From: Gemmatimonadota bacterium
GTDB lineage: Bacteria > Gemmatimonadota > Gemmatimonadetes > Gemmatimonadales > GWC2-71-9
Direction: 5' to 3'
DNA: 28,975 nucleotides
NCBI GenBank assembly: GCA_039586365.1
Contig: JBDHKN010000109.1
Span: 1-28,975 of the forward strand
Shown here: one piece after another, positions 27,779 through 28,975 of the stretch
Layout of the letters: each line of letters starts with the position of its first letter
Position numbering within the stretch: position 1 is the first letter of the stretch
Notes under the pieces: model-generated
What the model was told of the DNA's origin: nothing
The model's input: only the letters and a program-made list of their open reading frames with translations
Databases searched by the model: none
Made by a program: the position numbers and the translations under genes

Positions 27779-28975
27779 TGCGGTGTGTCGGCCTCGAACA
27801 CCGTCCTGCCGCCGACGATCGTGCGGGTCACTCGACCGACCAGTTCCCGACCGGCAAAGGGCGTGTTGTGGCTCTTGGACAGGAACTTCTCAGGAGTCAC
27901 TGTCCATGCAGCCTGAGGATCGAAGACCACAACGTCTGCCGCAGCCCCTTTTGTCAGCGTGCCCGCAGGCAAGTGATACACCCGAGCCGGTACCGTACTC
28001 ATTCGTGCTATCAACTCAGATAGTGTCAAGATACGGTTTCCGACCAATTCCGTGAGACCCAGACCCAGAGCGGTCTCCAAACCAACCACCCCAAAGGGCG
28101 CATCGTCGAAGTCACGCTCCTTTGCCTCATAGTGGTGCGGTGCATGATCGGTCGCGATCACATCCAGCGTCCCGTCCTTGAGGCCCTCACGCACTGCCGC
28201 AACATCCGCTGGCTCTCGTAGTGGCGGGTTCATCTTGGCATTGGTGTCAAACCCCTCACAGGCTGAGTCGGTGAGAGTGAAATGATGGGGGGTAGCCTCA
28301 GCTGTGACTTGGATCCTCTTGTCTTTGGCTCGGCGGATGAGTTCCACGGATCCCCGCGCCGAGATATGCTGCAGGTGGACATGTCCACCAGTGAGCTCGG
28401 CCAGGATGACGTTGCGAGAAACCATGATCTCTTCAGCAGCGGAGGGAATACCCTTGAGACCCAGTCGCGTAGATACGGCTCCCTCATGCATGGCACCTCC
28501 AGCGAAGAGGGCCGGATCTTCACAGTGGTCGGCCACCGGGATGCCGAAAGTGCGGGCGTATTCCAGCGCGGTCCGCATGATGTGGCTTGAGACGACTGGG
28601 TGTCCGTCGTCGCTCACACCTACGGCACCGGCATGGACCAGCTCGCCGAACTCCGCCAGGTGCGCACCTTTTTGCCCCAGCGTGATGGCGCCGATCGGAT
28701 AGACCCGCGCCGCACCGGCGGCCGCTCCCTGCTTCACTATGAAGCCGGCAGCAGCCTGGTTGTCGGTCACCGGATCGGTGTTTGGCATGGCACATACCGA
28801 GGTGAATCCTCCAGCAGCTGCCGCCCGCGCCCCACTCGCCACCGTCTCTACATCCTCACGACCCGGCTCTCTGAGATGCGCGTCGACGTCAACCAGGCCG
28901 GAGGCGACGACCTGGCCCGACACATCCACGATTACCCCACCGGACGCACCCAGGTTCCTGCCCAGCGCCGCGATC
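27775..28975 (-). CDS. pyrC: Dihydroorotase (type I), 5' end outside the window
   Basis: HLREPG, GGFTSVCAMPNT, SDDG, DHCED, QHIS, KMNPPLR, ATDHAPH, SKSHNTPF; frame open to the window edge. Confidence 0.92.
   Translation of the reverse strand, partial: IAALGRNLGASGGVIVDVSGQVVASGLVDVDAHLREPGREDVETVASGARAAAAGGFTSVCAMPNTDPVTDNQAAAGFIVKQGAAAGAARVYPIGAITLGQKGAHLAEFGELVHAGAVGVSDDGHPVVSSHIMRTALEYARTFGIPVADHCEDPALFAGGAMHEGAVSTRLGLKGIPSAAEEIMVSRNVILAELTGGHVHLQHISARGSVELIRRAKDKRIQVTAEATPHHFTLTDSACEGFDTNAKMNPPLREPADVAAVREGLKDGTLDVIATDHAPHHYEAKERDFDDAPFGVVGLETALGLGLTELVGNRILTLSELIARMSTVPARVYHLPAGTLTKGAAADVVVFDPQAAWTVTPEKFLSKSHNTPFAGRELVGRVTRTIVGGRTVFEADTPQ

Overview
A GC-rich bacterial chromosomal window. 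Gene order and protein styles suggest Gemmatimonadota (inference). Most of it is a housekeeping run on the minus strand with many overlapping stop/start codons: pyrC, class II aldolase, a Zn-ribbon protein, then site-2 protease, scpA, scpB, rluB, an atypical SDR, the moxR-DUF58-bat (VWA/TPR) cluster, mutL, miaA, bshA, [uppP], birA, a CPBP-like membrane gene, coaX and yyaL. rpsT is transcribed divergently from back-to-back sigma70-like promoters. The notable part is 6275-10059, which the ORF track only partly shows. Here uppP/bacA is split: the N-terminal piece lies at 10059-9910 and the C-terminal piece at 6596-6275, both decayed, with roughly 100 codons of the middle missing. Between them is a ~3.3 kb segment carrying fragments of a probable dsbA, a padR and an ADOP-type permease, plus one intact 828-aa gene on the opposite strand. 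That gene encodes a protein-kinase-like fold lacking the catalytic Asp, fused to a multi-pass membrane domain, and is the best candidate for something undescribed. Other lesions (a doubly frameshifted batD/E region, a His-to-Asp change in PyrC) suggest ongoing gene decay or assembly error. I found no integrase, IS element, tRNA, rRNA or CRISPR array.
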